From assembly GCA_002328835.1 (NCBI GenBank), contig DCWN01000044.1, positions 60,590 through 124,589 of the forward strand: 64,000 nucleotides of DNA, given 5' to 3'. Both the position numbers and the translations under genes were made by a program. This DNA is from Acidobacteria bacterium UBA2161. Lineage in GTDB: Bacteria; Acidobacteriota; Vicinamibacteria; Vicinamibacterales; UBA823. Each line of letters opens with the position of its first letter. Within the stretch, counting starts at the first letter, position 1. Positions 28,545 to 39,592 of this stretch are shown here, in pieces. Below the pieces are notes generated by a model. It worked only from the letters and a program-made list of their open reading frames with translations. It was not told the origin of the DNA and made no database searches.

Positions 28545-29297
28545 TCAGTCGTCGTACCGCACCGCGGGGCTGCCCGAGGGGTGGAAGACGCCCATGAGGC
28601 GGATCGGCGCGTCGCTGAAGTTCTTCATCGAGTGCTTCACCTGCCGTGGCAGGTAGATGCAGCTGCCGGGTTCCAGCGGCGCTTCCTTCCCGTCGGCCCA
28701 CATGACGCCGCGCCCTTCGACGATGTAGATCGCCTCTTCGTACGTGTGGTAGTGCACCGGAGCTTCGGATTTCGGGATGAAGCCGATGAACTGGGTGACA
28801 CGCTGGCAGCCCAGGTCCTTGTCGGCGAGCAGTTTGAACCAGCGGTCACCCGTCGGAATCGACTTCCGACCGCGTTCGTGCACGACCGCCTCCGGCCGGG
28901 CGGTCCCAGGGTCGATCGGCGACGTCCGCGGCGGCAGATCGAATCGCGAGTCGGCGATCTGGGGGCAGCAGACGCTGACGATCTCGAGATCACCGGCCGG
29001 CGTTTCGAAGCAGCACTCGGTGCCAGGGCCGACGTAGATCGAGGATCCAACCTCGACGTCGTAGCGATGCCCGTCGATGTAGCACGCACCCGAGCCCGCC
29101 GACACGTAGTGCACTTCCTCGCTGGTGGGATTCACCTGGCCCGGCGAGAGCCCTTGGTCGAATCGGCTGACCGACTGCTCGATATCGCGCGCGGCGATCG
29201 CCGCGCCGACGGTGCGCCGGCGATGGCGCGCGCCCTCGCGACTGATTCGCCCCTCGTCGGGCTCGATGACCCGGCATCCGCTGCCTAGCTCAGGCAT
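28545..29297 (-). CDS. Two-domain cupin protein
   Basis: C-terminal HYHTYEE...H cupin metal site; N-terminal degenerate cupin (SEEVHYV). Confidence 0.8.
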   Translation of the reverse strand: MPELGSGCRVIEPDEGRISREGARHRRRTVGAAIAARDIEQSVSRFDQGLSPGQVNPTSEEVHYVSAGSGACYIDGHRYDVEVGSSIYVGPGTECCFETPAGDLEIVSVCCPQIADSRFDLPPRTSPIDPGTARPEAVVHERGRKSIPTGDRWFKLLADKDLGCQRVTQFIGFIPKSEAPVHYHTYEEAIYIVEGRGVMWADGKEAPLEPGSCIYLPRQVKHSMKNFSDAPIRLMGVFHPSGSPAVRYDD

Positions 29298-30462
29298 GCA
29301 ATTCTCCCAACTTCTCTTTCACGAGCATTGCCGACTCGGCCTCCAAGGCAGCGATGACCGCGTCGAGGTCCGACTGCGTGTTGTATCCGTGGAACGAGAT
29401 CCGCAGACCGTCGTCGCGACACGATGCGATGACGCCGCGCGCGCCGAGCCGGGTCACCAGCGCCGGCGCATCGGTGGAGCGAAGGACGACGAGCGCTCCC
29501 CGGCGGGCGGGATCGGTCGGCGTCGCCGTCACCACGCCGGCGTCCCCAGCCCACGCCATCAGGCCGACGGTCAACTCGGCCACGGTCTGCTCGACCGCGT
29601 CGAGTCCCACGGCGCCGAGTAGATCGAGACCGGCCTGTGCGCCATAGACGTTCGGAATCATCGGCGTGCCCGATTCGAATCGGCGCGCCGACGACGACCA
29701 GTCGAGGTCGTCGATGCTGAACGCGAACGGGTTCACGCGCCCGAACCATCCGGTCATCGTCGGCACGAGGCGCTCGATCAGCTCGCGCCGGACGTACAGG
29801 AACGCCACGCCAGACGGCCCGAGCAGGTACTTCAGCGCGCCCGTGACCATGAAGTCGACACCAAGCGCGCGCACGTCCATCGGCTCGGTGCCGGTGCGCT
29901 GATAGTCGTCGAGGAAGCAGTAGGCGCCGCGGTCGTGGCAGAGTGCCGCGACGCCGGCGATGTCGGTCTTGTGTCCGTTCCGAAAGCAGACGTGGGTCGC
30001 CGGAACGACGAGCGTGCGCTCGTCGACGACCTTGCCGTACGACTCGGGCGGCAGCATGCCGTCGACCGGATCGGCCCAGCCGATCTCGGCGCCGCGTTCG
30101 CGTTGCGCGAGCCAGACCTGCGCCATCGTGGGGAACTCGAATCGGCCCATGACGACCCGGCGGCGGGTGCCGTCGAACGTGAGCGCGCTGGCGATCGCGT
30201 TGATGCCGGTGGACGCGCTCGGCAACACCGCGATCTCGTCGGCGTCGGCGCCGATGAGCGACGCGAACGTCGTGCGCAGCCGTTCGACCTCGCCGACCCA
30301 GGTCTCCCAGGGCGACCCCTCGTCGTTCCACGAGTCGAGAAACCGCCGCATGGCCGCGTCGACGTCAGTCGACAGCGCGCCCTGCGAGCAGCTGTTCACG
30401 TAAGTGCGTCGCGCCAGCAGCGGGAAGCGGGCGCGAAACGCCGCTGGCGTCAGGACGGCCAT
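29290..30462 (-). CDS. Aminotransferase class V / kynureninase-like PLP enzyme
   Basis: RARFP, YVNSCSQG, EFPT, LDDYQ, GALKYLLGPSG, FESGT, LRIS. Confidence 0.85.
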   Translation of the reverse strand: MAVLTPAAFRARFPLLARRTYVNSCSQGALSTDVDAAMRRFLDSWNDEGSPWETWVGEVERLRTTFASLIGADADEIAVLPSASTGINAIASALTFDGTRRRVVMGRFEFPTMAQVWLAQRERGAEIGWADPVDGMLPPESYGKVVDERTLVVPATHVCFRNGHKTDIAGVAALCHDRGAYCFLDDYQRTGTEPMDVRALGVDFMVTGALKYLLGPSGVAFLYVRRELIERLVPTMTGWFGRVNPFAFSIDDLDWSSSARRFESGTPMIPNVYGAQAGLDLLGAVGLDAVEQTVAELTVGLMAWAGDAGVVTATPTDPARRGALVVLRSTDAPALVTRLGARGVIASCRDDGLRISFHGYNTQSDLDAVIAALEAESAMLVKEKLGELHA

Positions 30463-30467
30463 GCCGG

Positions 30468-32861
30468 TTAGTGCACCGTCTCGGGATCCGCGCCGGTGTC
30501 GGCCGGTGGCTCGATCGGTTCGGCCGGCTCTGGCCCGGGCGGTGGGGGCTCCGGGCTTGGTTCAATCGCGAACGCGAGTGCGTCGTCGCCCTCGGCCAAT
30601 CCGATCCGGACGGTGCCGCCGTGCTCCAGCTTGCCGAAGAGGATCTCCTCGGTCAGCGGATCACGGACCTCGGTCTGAACGACGCGGGCCAGTGGACGCG
30701 CGCCGTAGATCGGGTCGTAGCCCTTCACCGCGAGCCAGTGGCGAGCGGCGGGCTCCAGCGTGATTGCCACGCGGCGCTCGGCGAGCTGCGCTTCGAGCTG
30801 CAGGATGAACTTCTCGACGATCGTCTCCATGACGTCGGGGGTCAGCGTGCCGAACGTCACGATGGTGTCGAGCCGGTTGCGGAACTCCGGGCTGAAGATC
30901 CGTTCGATCGCGGCTTTCATCCGAGTCCGCGCCGCCTTCGACCGTTCGCCGCTGAACCCGATCGCACCCGCGCTCACCTCCCGCGAACCGGCGTTCGAGG
31001 TCATGATCAGGACCACCTGCCGGAAATCCGCCTTGCGGCCGCCGTTGTCGGTGAGCGTCGCATGGTCCATCACCTGCAGGAGGATGTTGAAGAGATCCTG
31101 GTGCGCCTTCTCGATCTCGTCGAGGAGGACGACGGCGTACGGATGGCTCCGGACCGCGTCGACCAGGAGGCCGCCCTGCTCGAAGCCGACGTAGCCCGGC
31201 GGCGCGCCGATCAGCCGGGCGACGGCGTGCTTCTCCATGTACTCGCTCATGTCGTACCGCAGAAACTCGTTGCCCAGATGGATTGCGAGCTGCTTCGCCA
31301 GCTCGGTCTTGCCGACGCCCGTCGGGCCCGTGAACAGGAAGCACCCGGCCGGGCGGTCGGGCTGGCCGAGGCCGGCCCGCGACCGCTTGATCGCCTTGGT
31401 GACCGCCCCGACCGCCTCATCCTGGCCGAAGACGACACGCTGCAGCGCCTCTTCGAGCGTGCGGAGCCGCTCCTTGTCCGACGCCGAGGCCTGCCGTTCC
31501 GGGATCCGCGCCATGCGCGCGATCACCCGTTCGATCTCCTCGGGCGTGACCGTCAGCGGCGGCGGCTCGGCGGCGCCATCATCGTCGCTACCCACGTCGG
31601 CCGCTGTGCGCTGAAGCTTGAGCATCGCGCCGGCCTCATCGAGCACGTCGATGGCACTGTCCGGCAGCCGGCTGTCACGGAGATGCCGGCCGGCGAGCTT
31701 CACCGCGGCGGTCAGCGCCGCGTCGGTGTAGTCGAGACCGTGGTGTTCCGCATAGCGCGCGCGCAGCCCCTGCAGGATCTTAACGGCCTCTTCCGGACTC
31801 GGCTCGTCGACGACGATCTTCTGCAGCCGACGGGTCAACGCACGGTCCTTCTCGATCTGCTTGAACTCCTCGAACGTGGTGGAACCGATCACCCGGAGCT
31901 CCCCGGCCGCGAGCACCGGCTTGATCAGCGTCGCCAGGTCCATGGTGCCGCCGGTCGTGGCGCCGGCGCCGACCGTGGCATGCACCTCGTCGATGAACAG
32001 CACGGGTTTCGGGCGTCGATCGAGCGCGGCCAGGACCGCCTTGAACCGCTCTTCGAAGTCGCCGCGAAACCGCGTGCCGGCGAGCAGGGCGGTGGTATCC
32101 AGCAAATAGATCTCGGCGCCTCGCAGCGCCGCCGGGACGTCGTCGTCGATCAGCCGCGCGGCCAGGCCTTCGGCCAGCGCGGTCTTGCCGACACCGGCGT
32201 CACCGACGAAGACCGGGTTGTTCTTGCGACGGCGGCAGAGGACCTCCATCGTGCGCTGCAGCTCGGCCGTGCGGCCGATGAGCGGGTCGAGCTGGCCCGC
32301 CGCCGCGCGCTCGGAGAGGTTGACGGTGAACGCCGCGAGCGGATCGCGCGGCGCGGCGGGCGCCTCGTCCTCGGTACCGGCGCGAACGGTTTCCTCCGGC
32401 GTCGGGTCGTCGCCGGTCGGGGCCAGCGGGACCTTCGAAATGCCGTGGGAGATGAAATTCAGCACGTCGAGGCGGGTCACCCCCTGCTTGAGGAGCAGCT
32501 CCGCCGCGAAGCACTTGGGCTGCTGGAGGATCGCGGCCAGCACGTCGCCGGAGCGCACCTCGTCCTTGCCGGCGCTCTGCACGTGCAGCACTGCCGCCTG
32601 CAGCACGCGCCGGAACGCCAGCGTCTGGTCAGGCTCCTGGTGGGCGTGCCGTGGAAACCGATCGATCGTGCGCTCCAGGTAGTCGTCGAGATCGTGGCGC
32701 AGGCCCGGCAAGTCGGCGCCGCAGGCGCTGAGGATCTTCTCGCCTTCCACGTCGTGAGCCAGCGCGTACAGGAGATGCTCGAGGGTCAGATGGGTGTGGC
32801 GACGCGAGGACGCCTCACGGTAGGCGATGCTCAGAATCAATTCGAGTGATGCGCTGAACAT
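30468..32861 (-). CDS. clpA: ATP-dependent Clp protease ATP-binding subunit ClpA
   Basis: Two AAA+ modules ([12 protein letters not shown] and [16 protein letters not shown]), IGF loop, directly after clpS. Confidence 0.96.
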   Translation of the reverse strand: MFSASLELILSIAYREASSRRHTHLTLEHLLYALAHDVEGEKILSACGADLPGLRHDLDDYLERTIDRFPRHAHQEPDQTLAFRRVLQAAVLHVQSAGKDEVRSGDVLAAILQQPKCFAAELLLKQGVTRLDVLNFISHGISKVPLAPTGDDPTPEETVRAGTEDEAPAAPRDPLAAFTVNLSERAAAGQLDPLIGRTAELQRTMEVLCRRRKNNPVFVGDAGVGKTALAEGLAARLIDDDVPAALRGAEIYLLDTTALLAGTRFRGDFEERFKAVLAALDRRPKPVLFIDEVHATVGAGATTGGTMDLATLIKPVLAAGELRVIGSTTFEEFKQIEKDRALTRRLQKIVVDEPSPEEAVKILQGLRARYAEHHGLDYTDAALTAAVKLAGRHLRDSRLPDSAIDVLDEAGAMLKLQRTAADVGSDDDGAAEPPPLTVTPEEIERVIARMARIPERQASASDKERLRTLEEALQRVVFGQDEAVGAVTKAIKRSRAGLGQPDRPAGCFLFTGPTGVGKTELAKQLAIHLGNEFLRYDMSEYMEKHAVARLIGAPPGYVGFEQGGLLVDAVRSHPYAVVLLDEIEKAHQDLFNILLQVMDHATLTDNGGRKADFRQVVLIMTSNAGSREVSAGAIGFSGERSKAARTRMKAAIERIFSPEFRNRLDTIVTFGTLTPDVMETIVEKFILQLEAQLAERRVAITLEPAARHWLAVKGYDPIYGARPLARVVQTEVRDPLTEEILFGKLEHGGTVRIGLAEGDDALAFAIEPSPEPPPPGPEPAEPIEPPADTGADPETVH

Positions 32862-32873
32862 GATACCGGGCCC

Positions 32874-33185
32874 TCACTCGGCCTCGACGGAGGTCTGCAG
32901 CGGGAATCCCTCACGACGCGCCAGGTCACGCACGGCGCCGGCTTTCGTCTCGGCGATGTCGTAGGGATAGACGCCGCACAGCCCCTGGCCCTGCGTATGC
33001 ACCTGCAACATGATTCGATAGGCCTCGGCCGGCGACCTCTGGAAGATCGACTCCAGTACCGTTACGACGAACTCCATGGTGGTGTAGTCATCGTTGTGCA
33101 GCAGTACGCGGTACCGGGTCGGCTCCTTCGCAACCGTCCGGACCCGCTCGACGGTCTGTCCCTCTGGGTGCTCGCCGTGCGGCAT
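32874..33185 (-). CDS. clpS: Clp protease adaptor ClpS
   Basis: YRVLLHNDDYTTMEFVV, IMLQVH, FPL. Confidence 0.95.
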   Translation of the reverse strand: MPHGEHPEGQTVERVRTVAKEPTRYRVLLHNDDYTTMEFVVTVLESIFQRSPAEAYRIMLQVHTQGQGLCGVYPYDIAETKAGAVRDLARREGFPLQTSVEAE

Positions 33186-33320
33186 CGACGGATCCTCACA
33201 GGTCCTTCGCCCAGCCTATGGGAGCGATCAGACGGCGTCAAGCAGCACACGGTGCACAGATCGGCATAGTAGAATGGCCGCGCCCGACCTGGGCACCATC
33301 GTTCGAGTCGACGACGGACC

Positions 33321-34244
33321 ATGCAGCGACTGACGCGTGACATCGGTTACATCGACCTCCGTTTCCAGAACCAACCCGAGGTCATTGCGGCCGCCGTGCT
33401 CCACGGGAGCTTCGGTGCCGCCATCGTCGACCCGGGACCGGCGTCGACCCTGCCGAGGCTCGGCGCGGAACTGCGGCGACACGGCATCGACGCAGGCGAC
33501 GTCCGGACGATCCTGCTGACACACATCCATTTCGACCATGCCGGCGCCACGGGCTCGCTGGTCGCCGAGACTCCGGGGATCGAGGTGTACGTCCACGCGG
33601 CCGGCATGCGGCATATGGTCGACCCGACCCGGCTCGTGGCCAGCGCGCGCCAGCTGTGGGGCGACGAGCTGGAGTCGCTCTGGGGTGAGTTCTTGCCGGT
33701 TCCGGAGGCGAACCTGCGCCAGCTCGACGGCGGCGAGCGGATCCGGATCGGCGAGCGCGAGCTCGACGTGGCCTACACGCCTGGCCACGCGCGCCACCAC
33801 GTCAGCTACTTCGACCGCGACAGCGGGATTGCCTTCGTCGGCGATGCGGCCGGCATCCGCGTCGGGTCCGTGCCCTACCTGCTGGCGCCGACGCCCCCAC
33901 CCGACATCGATCTGGCCGCGTGGCGCGGAAGCATCGAGACGATTCAGCGCTGGCGCGCCGACACGCTGTTCGTCACCCACTTCGGCCCGCACGCCGACAC
34001 CGATGGCCATCTCGGGATGTTCGCCGAGCACCTCGACGAACTCGCGGAGATCGCCCGGCGGATCGTCGCGAGCGGCGCCGGTAAGGACGGTCTGGCGGCG
34101 TTCGTCGCGGAAGTCGCGGCGCTGATGCGCCGGCAGTTGCCCGAATCGACGGCCCGGCACTACGAGGACGCCGCGCCGCTCAAGCTGTGCTGGCTGGGCC
34201 TGGAGCGGTACTGGCAGAAGCAGGGCGTGGGCGGCGCCGCATGA
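33321..34244 (+). CDS. Metallo-beta-lactamase-fold hydrolase
   Basis: THIHFDHAG, TPGHARHH, GDAAG, THFG. Confidence 0.9.
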   Translation: MQRLTRDIGYIDLRFQNQPEVIAAAVLHGSFGAAIVDPGPASTLPRLGAELRRHGIDAGDVRTILLTHIHFDHAGATGSLVAETPGIEVYVHAAGMRHMVDPTRLVASARQLWGDELESLWGEFLPVPEANLRQLDGGERIRIGERELDVAYTPGHARHHVSYFDRDSGIAFVGDAAGIRVGSVPYLLAPTPPPDIDLAAWRGSIETIQRWRADTLFVTHFGPHADTDGHLGMFAEHLDELAEIARRIVASGAGKDGLAAFVAEVAALMRRQLPESTARHYEDAAPLKLCWLGLERYWQKQGVGGAA

Positions 34245-34842
34245 TCGCATAGCCGGCCCCCGTCGCAGGCTCGTCGTGCCGGCTGACGGTCTCGAAGCCC
34301 AGTCGCCCGTAGAACGATTCGCTTCGCCGGCTGAAGGTTTCGAGATAGCCACTCCGCGCCGCGGCGTCGAGTTCGGCGAGTGTCGGTTCGAGCACCTGCC
34401 GCCCCAGCCCCCGCCCCTGGGCCTCCGGCGCGACGCCGACGATCGACAGATACCAGGCGTCGGTGGGCACCTGGCCGCGGGCGCGCTCGCCCATGAACGC
34501 GACGATCCGTCGATACGTAGCCAGGCCGGCCTCTCCCAGCGCCTCGCCAAGCGCTGCTTCTTTCGCCTGCCTGGCCGGTCGCGCGGCGTCGGGCGGTGCC
34601 GGCAGGACCCACGCTGCCGCCGCGCGACCGTCGGGGTCGACGACCAGCCGGCCGCTCGTTTCGGCTTCGTCCAGCGCAATCTCGAAATGGCGCACGAGCG
34701 CCCGCTCGAATTCCGCCGTGCCGGGGCCCAGGCTGGCCGCGATCGTGGCGTAGAAGGGATCGTCTCTGAGCGAACGATAGAGGGCGGTTGCGGCGCGGCG
34801 ATCAGCGGGCACGCGAGGTTCGTCGGAGCCGCGCCGCGACAC
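34180..34842 (-). CDS. GNAT N-acetyltransferase
   Basis: WYLSIVGVAPEAQGRGLG, YLET, FYGRLGF; overlaps the 3' end of the MBL gene by 65 nt. Confidence 0.8.
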   Translation of the reverse strand: MSRRGSDEPRVPADRRAATALYRSLRDDPFYATIAASLGPGTAEFERALVRHFEIALDEAETSGRLVVDPDGRAAAAWVLPAPPDAARPARQAKEAALGEALGEAGLATYRRIVAFMGERARGQVPTDAWYLSIVGVAPEAQGRGLGRQVLEPTLAELDAAARSGYLETFSRRSESFYGRLGFETVSRHDEPATGAGYAIMRRRPRPASASTAPGPASTA

Positions 34843-34881
34843 GCACGACCCTGCTGCGCACGGGGATGAAGCGTCGCATCG

Positions 34882-35388
34882 TCACTCTCCGAGCAACTTC
34901 TCGATAATCGTTTCGTCGATGTACCGGCCGTCGATCTTCGTATGGCGGTGAGCCGTGCCGACAACCGAAAAGCCCTGGTCGAGGTAGGTGGCGAGCGCGC
35001 CCGGATTGTCGGCCCTGACGAACGTGAAGATCTTCTCGTACCCTCCGGTCCGGGCTCGCGGCAAGGTCGTGTCGAACAGACGTCGGCCGATCCCTTGTCG
35101 ACGCAGCCGGAGGTCGACGAACGTGCCCATGACACCGACGTGGTCGCAGGCACGCGTGTACTGGGCGAAGGGTTCCAGGCTCTGGAATCCGACGAGCACC
35201 TGGTCCGCCTCACGGACGGCGACGTGGAAGATCCCCCGCTCGGGGTACTCGTCGAGGAAGCGCTGCTCCTCGCCAAGGGTCAACCGCGTGTCCATCACCG
35301 TGAACGTCCGAGCGTCGATGATCGGATTCAACACGTCGATGATGCCCTGGGCATCGTCGCGGGTCGCGGGCCGAACCTGCAGATCCAT
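34882..35388 (-). CDS. GNAT N-acetyltransferase (Pat/YncA-like)
   Basis: VRPATRDD, RRQGIG, DNPGAL..GF..VG. Confidence 0.85.
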   Translation of the reverse strand: MDLQVRPATRDDAQGIIDVLNPIIDARTFTVMDTRLTLGEEQRFLDEYPERGIFHVAVREADQVLVGFQSLEPFAQYTRACDHVGVMGTFVDLRLRRQGIGRRLFDTTLPRARTGGYEKIFTFVRADNPGALATYLDQGFSVVGTAHRHTKIDGRYIDETIIEKLLGE

Positions 35389-35426
35389 GGCGGAGATCGC
35401 TCCCGCGGGGGCTTGACCGGGATCGC

Positions 35427-36728
35427 TCAGTTGCCGAGCGGCACCGAGTTGCCGGCGATCCAGACCGACTCGATCTTTCGGGTATTGAGAATGTCGTCGA
35501 GCGGATCGGCCGTCAGCACGACGAAATCGGCCCAGGTGCCCATCGCCAGCGTGCCGAGGTTGTCGTCGACCTCCATGCACGCCGCGGCGTCGCCGGTCGC
35601 CGACTGAATCGCCTGAGCCGGAGTCAGACCAGCCTCGACCATCCGTTCCAGTTCGAGTTGCTCGAAATAGCCCTGGAACCGGCCGACCGGGCCGGTGTCG
35701 GTTCCGAACGCGAGGCGCACGCCGCCGTCGGCCAGTGCCTTGACGTTGCGCATCGCCACCTCGAGCGCGGCCTTGTAGCCCTGCGCGCTCGCGCTGTTCT
35801 GGACACGTGCCTGGCGCTCGGGATCTTCGAGCCCGGCGATCACCTCGGCGTCGGCGTTTCGGAGGAAGAACGGATCGTCGAAGAAGTCGGGTCGAGATTC
35901 GTAGACGAACGTCGACACTTCGCGCAGGAGCGTCGGGCTCAAGCAGACGTTGCGCTCGACCATCATGTCGATCAGTTCCTGGTCGACGTCGGTGTCGCGA
36001 ACGCTGTGCGCGAGAAGGTCAACATCGGCCTCGACCAGCTTCTTGGCGTCGTCCAGGTAGAAGACGTGTGCGGCGACCCGGAGCCCGTGCTCGTGCGCCC
36101 GCGCGATGACGGCGCGCCAGGCTTCCTCCGGCATCTTGGTCGTGGACCCGAGATTGTCGTCGACGCGGATCTTGACGATGTCGGCGCCCATCTCGGCAAC
36201 GGCGTCGACGATCGGCTCGACGTCCTCGGCCGTCGCGCCGCCGACGACGGGTCCCGCGACGAACAGCCGAGCCCGATCGAGCGTCAGATCCTGCTCGTTG
36301 CGCAGGTCGAACCCGTCCTCAGCGTCGCCGCCAAGGCTGAACACCGTGGTGATGCCGTATCGGGCGTACAGTTCGAGTTGATGCAGCAGGTTCTCGCGCG
36401 TGTAGAGGTCCGGGCTCGACTCGAGTCCACGGGTGGCGCCGACGTGGCCGTGCGCGTTGATCAGGCCCGGCATGATCGTGCGTCCCGTCAGGTCGACTTC
36501 CTCGGCGCCAACCGGCACCGACACCGACTCGGCGGCGCCGACGGCCTCAACTCGACCGTCGCGGACGACGAGTACGCCGCCGTCGATCGCGTTGCCGGTG
36601 CCGTCGATGATCCTCGCCCCGGTGAAGGCCGTGAGGCCCGGCGTGAGTTCTACGACCGGCTCCCCGCAACCCGTCAGCGTCAGGGCGGCCAGGGTGCACA
36701 CGAGAGCGTTGCGTCGTGCGGATGTCAT
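35427..36728 (-). CDS. Amidohydrolase-family lipoprotein
   Basis: Lipobox LTGC; PGLINAHGH, AAH, FGTD, ADFVVL. Confidence 0.85.
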   Translation of the reverse strand: MTSARRNALVCTLAALTLTGCGEPVVELTPGLTAFTGARIIDGTGNAIDGGVLVVRDGRVEAVGAAESVSVPVGAEEVDLTGRTIMPGLINAHGHVGATRGLESSPDLYTRENLLHQLELYARYGITTVFSLGGDAEDGFDLRNEQDLTLDRARLFVAGPVVGGATAEDVEPIVDAVAEMGADIVKIRVDDNLGSTTKMPEEAWRAVIARAHEHGLRVAAHVFYLDDAKKLVEADVDLLAHSVRDTDVDQELIDMMVERNVCLSPTLLREVSTFVYESRPDFFDDPFFLRNADAEVIAGLEDPERQARVQNSASAQGYKAALEVAMRNVKALADGGVRLAFGTDTGPVGRFQGYFEQLELERMVEAGLTPAQAIQSATGDAAACMEVDDNLGTLAMGTWADFVVLTADPLDDILNTRKIESVWIAGNSVPLGN

Positions 36729-39496
36729 CAGGTTCCTCCAGACGGTTGGAGCTCGGCACCCGTCGGCGCCGCCATCTGCTCCAGGATCTCGCCGAGACGA
36801 TCGAGCTCGGCGCCGTAGCGGGTCCAGTCGCCAGCGCGCTGCGCTTGAATGGCCCTATCGTAGTGCTGGCGAGCCTCGTCGGCGAGTGACGAGACGGCGG
36901 CCGTCGGCTCGGGCGCCGGCGCCGGGAGACCCAACACAGGCGACGCCGGCACCGGCGGCACGGACGGCGCGACCGGGGCGGCCGAGGTCAGCCGTTGCTC
37001 GGCACCCGATCGGCCGAACAACCGGTCGAGCGCCAGGGCGAGGGTTTCCTCCATCACGATCTGGTTCTGATAGGCGACGATAACCCGCTTCAGTTCGGGG
37101 ATCTGGCCATCGGCGGCCCGCAGGTAGAGCGGCCTGATATAGAGCAGCGACTCCTCGATCGGGACGACCAGCAGCGTGCCCTGGATGACCTGGGAGCCCT
37201 GCTGGTTCCAGAGGGTGATCTGCGGCGAAATCTCCTGATCCTGGTTGATTCGGGCGACGATCTGGCGCGGCCCGAAGATCAGCTTTTGCTTCGGGAACTG
37301 GAAGACCATGAGCTTGCCGTAGTGCTCGCCGTCGCTTCGGGCGACCATCCAGGCGGCCAGGTTGTCCTTGCGCCGCGGCGTGAACGGCAGCATCTGGATG
37401 AACTCGGCGTCCTGCTCGCCTGGCAGCTTCATGATGGTGTAGTACGGCTCCATCTGGGCCGCCCGGCCCTCGCTGTCGATGGCGGGCACCTCCCACTGAT
37501 CCTCCTTGTTGTAGAAAACCGCGGGGTTGGTCATGTGGTACGTCGAGAACATCGCCGTTTGCAGCGTGAAGATGTCCTGCGGGTAGCGGACGTGGCTGCG
37601 GAGGTCGGGCGACATCGCTTCGAGCGGCGTGAAGAAATCGGGGAAGATCTTGCCAATCGTCGCCGCGATCGGATCGTTCCCGTCGGCGAGATAGTAGGTC
37701 GTCTCGCCGTTGTAGGCGTCGATGACGATCTTCACGGAGTTCCGAATGTAGTTGATGCTGCGGGTCACCTGGGTCGAGTACGGGTAGCCGTTGGTGACCG
37801 TGTAGGCATCGATGATCCAGAAGAGCTGCCCCTCCGAGATCACGAGGTAGGGGTCGCGGTCGTACATCAGGAACGGCGCAATCGTCTCGACGCGGTCGCT
37901 GATGTTTCGACGGAAGAGGATCCGGCTCTCGTCGTTCAGCTGTTCGCTGATCAGGATGTTGAACGCGCGGAATCGCAGGCTGAACAACAGCTTGTTCCAC
38001 AGCCCGCCGACCGAGACGCCACCCTCACCCTCGAACGTGCTGTAGACGTTGTCGTCGCCTTCCGGATAGTGGAACTCCCGGGTGTTCGTGTTCACGATGA
38101 CGTAGTCGTTCGACAGCTCGCCGAAATAGACGCTCGGCTCGTCGACCGACAGATCGACGTCGGACCGAGGCGGCAGGTCTTGCACGAAGAGCACCGGCAA
38201 CCCTTCGGCGGTCACCTGGTTCACTGGGCCGAGGGCGAGACCGTAGCCGTGGGTGAAGACCAGCCGCTCGTTCGGCCAGGTGCGATTTGACAAGCTGCTG
38301 GAGTTCAGTTCCCGGGTCGACAGCATCGTCTGCCGGTACTCGCCGTTGATCACGTAGCGGTCGTTGTCGACCGACGCGAAGTCGTAGTACGACCGGATCG
38401 CCTGAATCTGGCCGAACGTGTCGAGCAGCGGGCCATGATCCCAGAGCCGGACGTTGTTGATCGTCTCCGAGTTCGCCTCGATGTCCTCGCGCGCCAGCAG
38501 CGCGTCGCCTGACAGTTCACGTTCATCGATCGCGTCGAGTGCAAAGGCTGTCCGTGTGGCGGCGACGTTGTACTCGATGAACGGCGCTTCCTTCTCCTGC
38601 TCGTTCGGCGTGACCACGATCCGCTGAATGAACGCGGCGTAGCCGGAGCCGCCGGCCGACACCGCGACGTACAGGATCGCCGCGAGCGGAACCGGCCAGT
38701 TCTTCGGCGAGAAGGCCTGATAGGCGGCGAGGCCGCCGCCGAGCAGGGCCACGGCGACGAGCAGCCGCAGCATCGGCACGCGGGCTTCGACGTCGACGTA
38801 GGACGCGCCCTGAATGACGCCCGCCGGGGTCAGCAGCAGGCGCGGGATGTCGAGCGATGCGCCCCAAGCCAGCAGGACGAGGAACGCCGCGACGAGGAGC
38901 GACAGATGCTGCCGGGCCCGGCGGCTGATCCGCAGGCCCGTCGAGGGGTCGAACGCCACGGCGCCCGCGCCCACGTAGATCGCGGCGGCGCCCGCGAGGC
39001 TGAGGACGACGATAGCGACGAGCAGATATCGGACGAAGTCGAGAAAGGGCAACTCGAAGACGTAGAAGGCGACGTCGCGGCCGAGCAGCGGGTCGGCATC
39101 GCCGAACGGTGTGGCGTACCGATACTGCAACCAGACCATCCACTGTCCCGACGCGAAGACGCCCATGAACAGCGCGGCCAGGCCGGATGCGCCGGCCGCG
39201 ATGAGCCGGAGCCCCTTGCGGTCGACGACCAGCGGCTTGACGTCGGGTCCCCCGCCGATCACGAGGTAGGGTTTCGTCATTTCCTGCAGCGCCAGCCGCA
39301 GGCCGCCGAGGAGCAGGCCGAACGCAATCACAAAGACCGTCACGCCCAGCAGGACCTGGGAGATCAGGGTGCGGGTGAATACCTGCTCGAACCCGACGCG
39401 CTCGAACCAGAGCCAGTCGGTGTAGAAATCGGCGAAGGAGGGCACGACCAGGAAGAGCAGCACACCGGCGACGATGATCGGAACTTTGATAGGCAT
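36728..39496 (-). CDS. UPF0182 family membrane protein
   Basis: YTDWLWF, DVAFYVF, NVRLWD, FTHGYG, NYIRNSVK, RYP, LYIRPLY. Confidence 0.92.
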   Translation of the reverse strand: MPIKVPIIVAGVLLFLVVPSFADFYTDWLWFERVGFEQVFTRTLISQVLLGVTVFVIAFGLLLGGLRLALQEMTKPYLVIGGGPDVKPLVVDRKGLRLIAAGASGLAALFMGVFASGQWMVWLQYRYATPFGDADPLLGRDVAFYVFELPFLDFVRYLLVAIVVLSLAGAAAIYVGAGAVAFDPSTGLRISRRARQHLSLLVAAFLVLLAWGASLDIPRLLLTPAGVIQGASYVDVEARVPMLRLLVAVALLGGGLAAYQAFSPKNWPVPLAAILYVAVSAGGSGYAAFIQRIVVTPNEQEKEAPFIEYNVAATRTAFALDAIDERELSGDALLAREDIEANSETINNVRLWDHGPLLDTFGQIQAIRSYYDFASVDNDRYVINGEYRQTMLSTRELNSSSLSNRTWPNERLVFTHGYGLALGPVNQVTAEGLPVLFVQDLPPRSDVDLSVDEPSVYFGELSNDYVIVNTNTREFHYPEGDDNVYSTFEGEGGVSVGGLWNKLLFSLRFRAFNILISEQLNDESRILFRRNISDRVETIAPFLMYDRDPYLVISEGQLFWIIDAYTVTNGYPYSTQVTRSINYIRNSVKIVIDAYNGETTYYLADGNDPIAATIGKIFPDFFTPLEAMSPDLRSHVRYPQDIFTLQTAMFSTYHMTNPAVFYNKEDQWEVPAIDSEGRAAQMEPYYTIMKLPGEQDAEFIQMLPFTPRRKDNLAAWMVARSDGEHYGKLMVFQFPKQKLIFGPRQIVARINQDQEISPQITLWNQQGSQVIQGTLLVVPIEESLLYIRPLYLRAADGQIPELKRVIVAYQNQIVMEETLALALDRLFGRSGAEQRLTSAAPVAPSVPPVPASPVLGLPAPAPEPTAAVSSLADEARQHYDRAIQAQRAGDWTRYGAELDRLGEILEQMAAPTGAELQPSGGT

Positions 39497-39592
39497 GGGG
39501 CCTCGGCCCGCAAGGGCAAGTAGACGGATCCCTCACATCATACGCTCAGTTCGGACCGCATCAAACCTGATCGAATCTGCTCGAGGGAAGGG

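Noticed and set aside
30471-32849. Very long antisense ORFs (792 aa here; also 55763-58204, 12804-14747, 10897-12792, 33228-35276, 47919-49793, 23983-25626)
   Set aside because: They shadow well-supported genes on the opposite strand, have no recognisable motifs, and are expected in high-GC DNA where stop codons are rare.
34180-34244. 65-nt convergent overlap of the MBL hydrolase and GNAT genes
   Set aside because: The GNAT tail is low-complexity and most simply reflects a lost stop codon.
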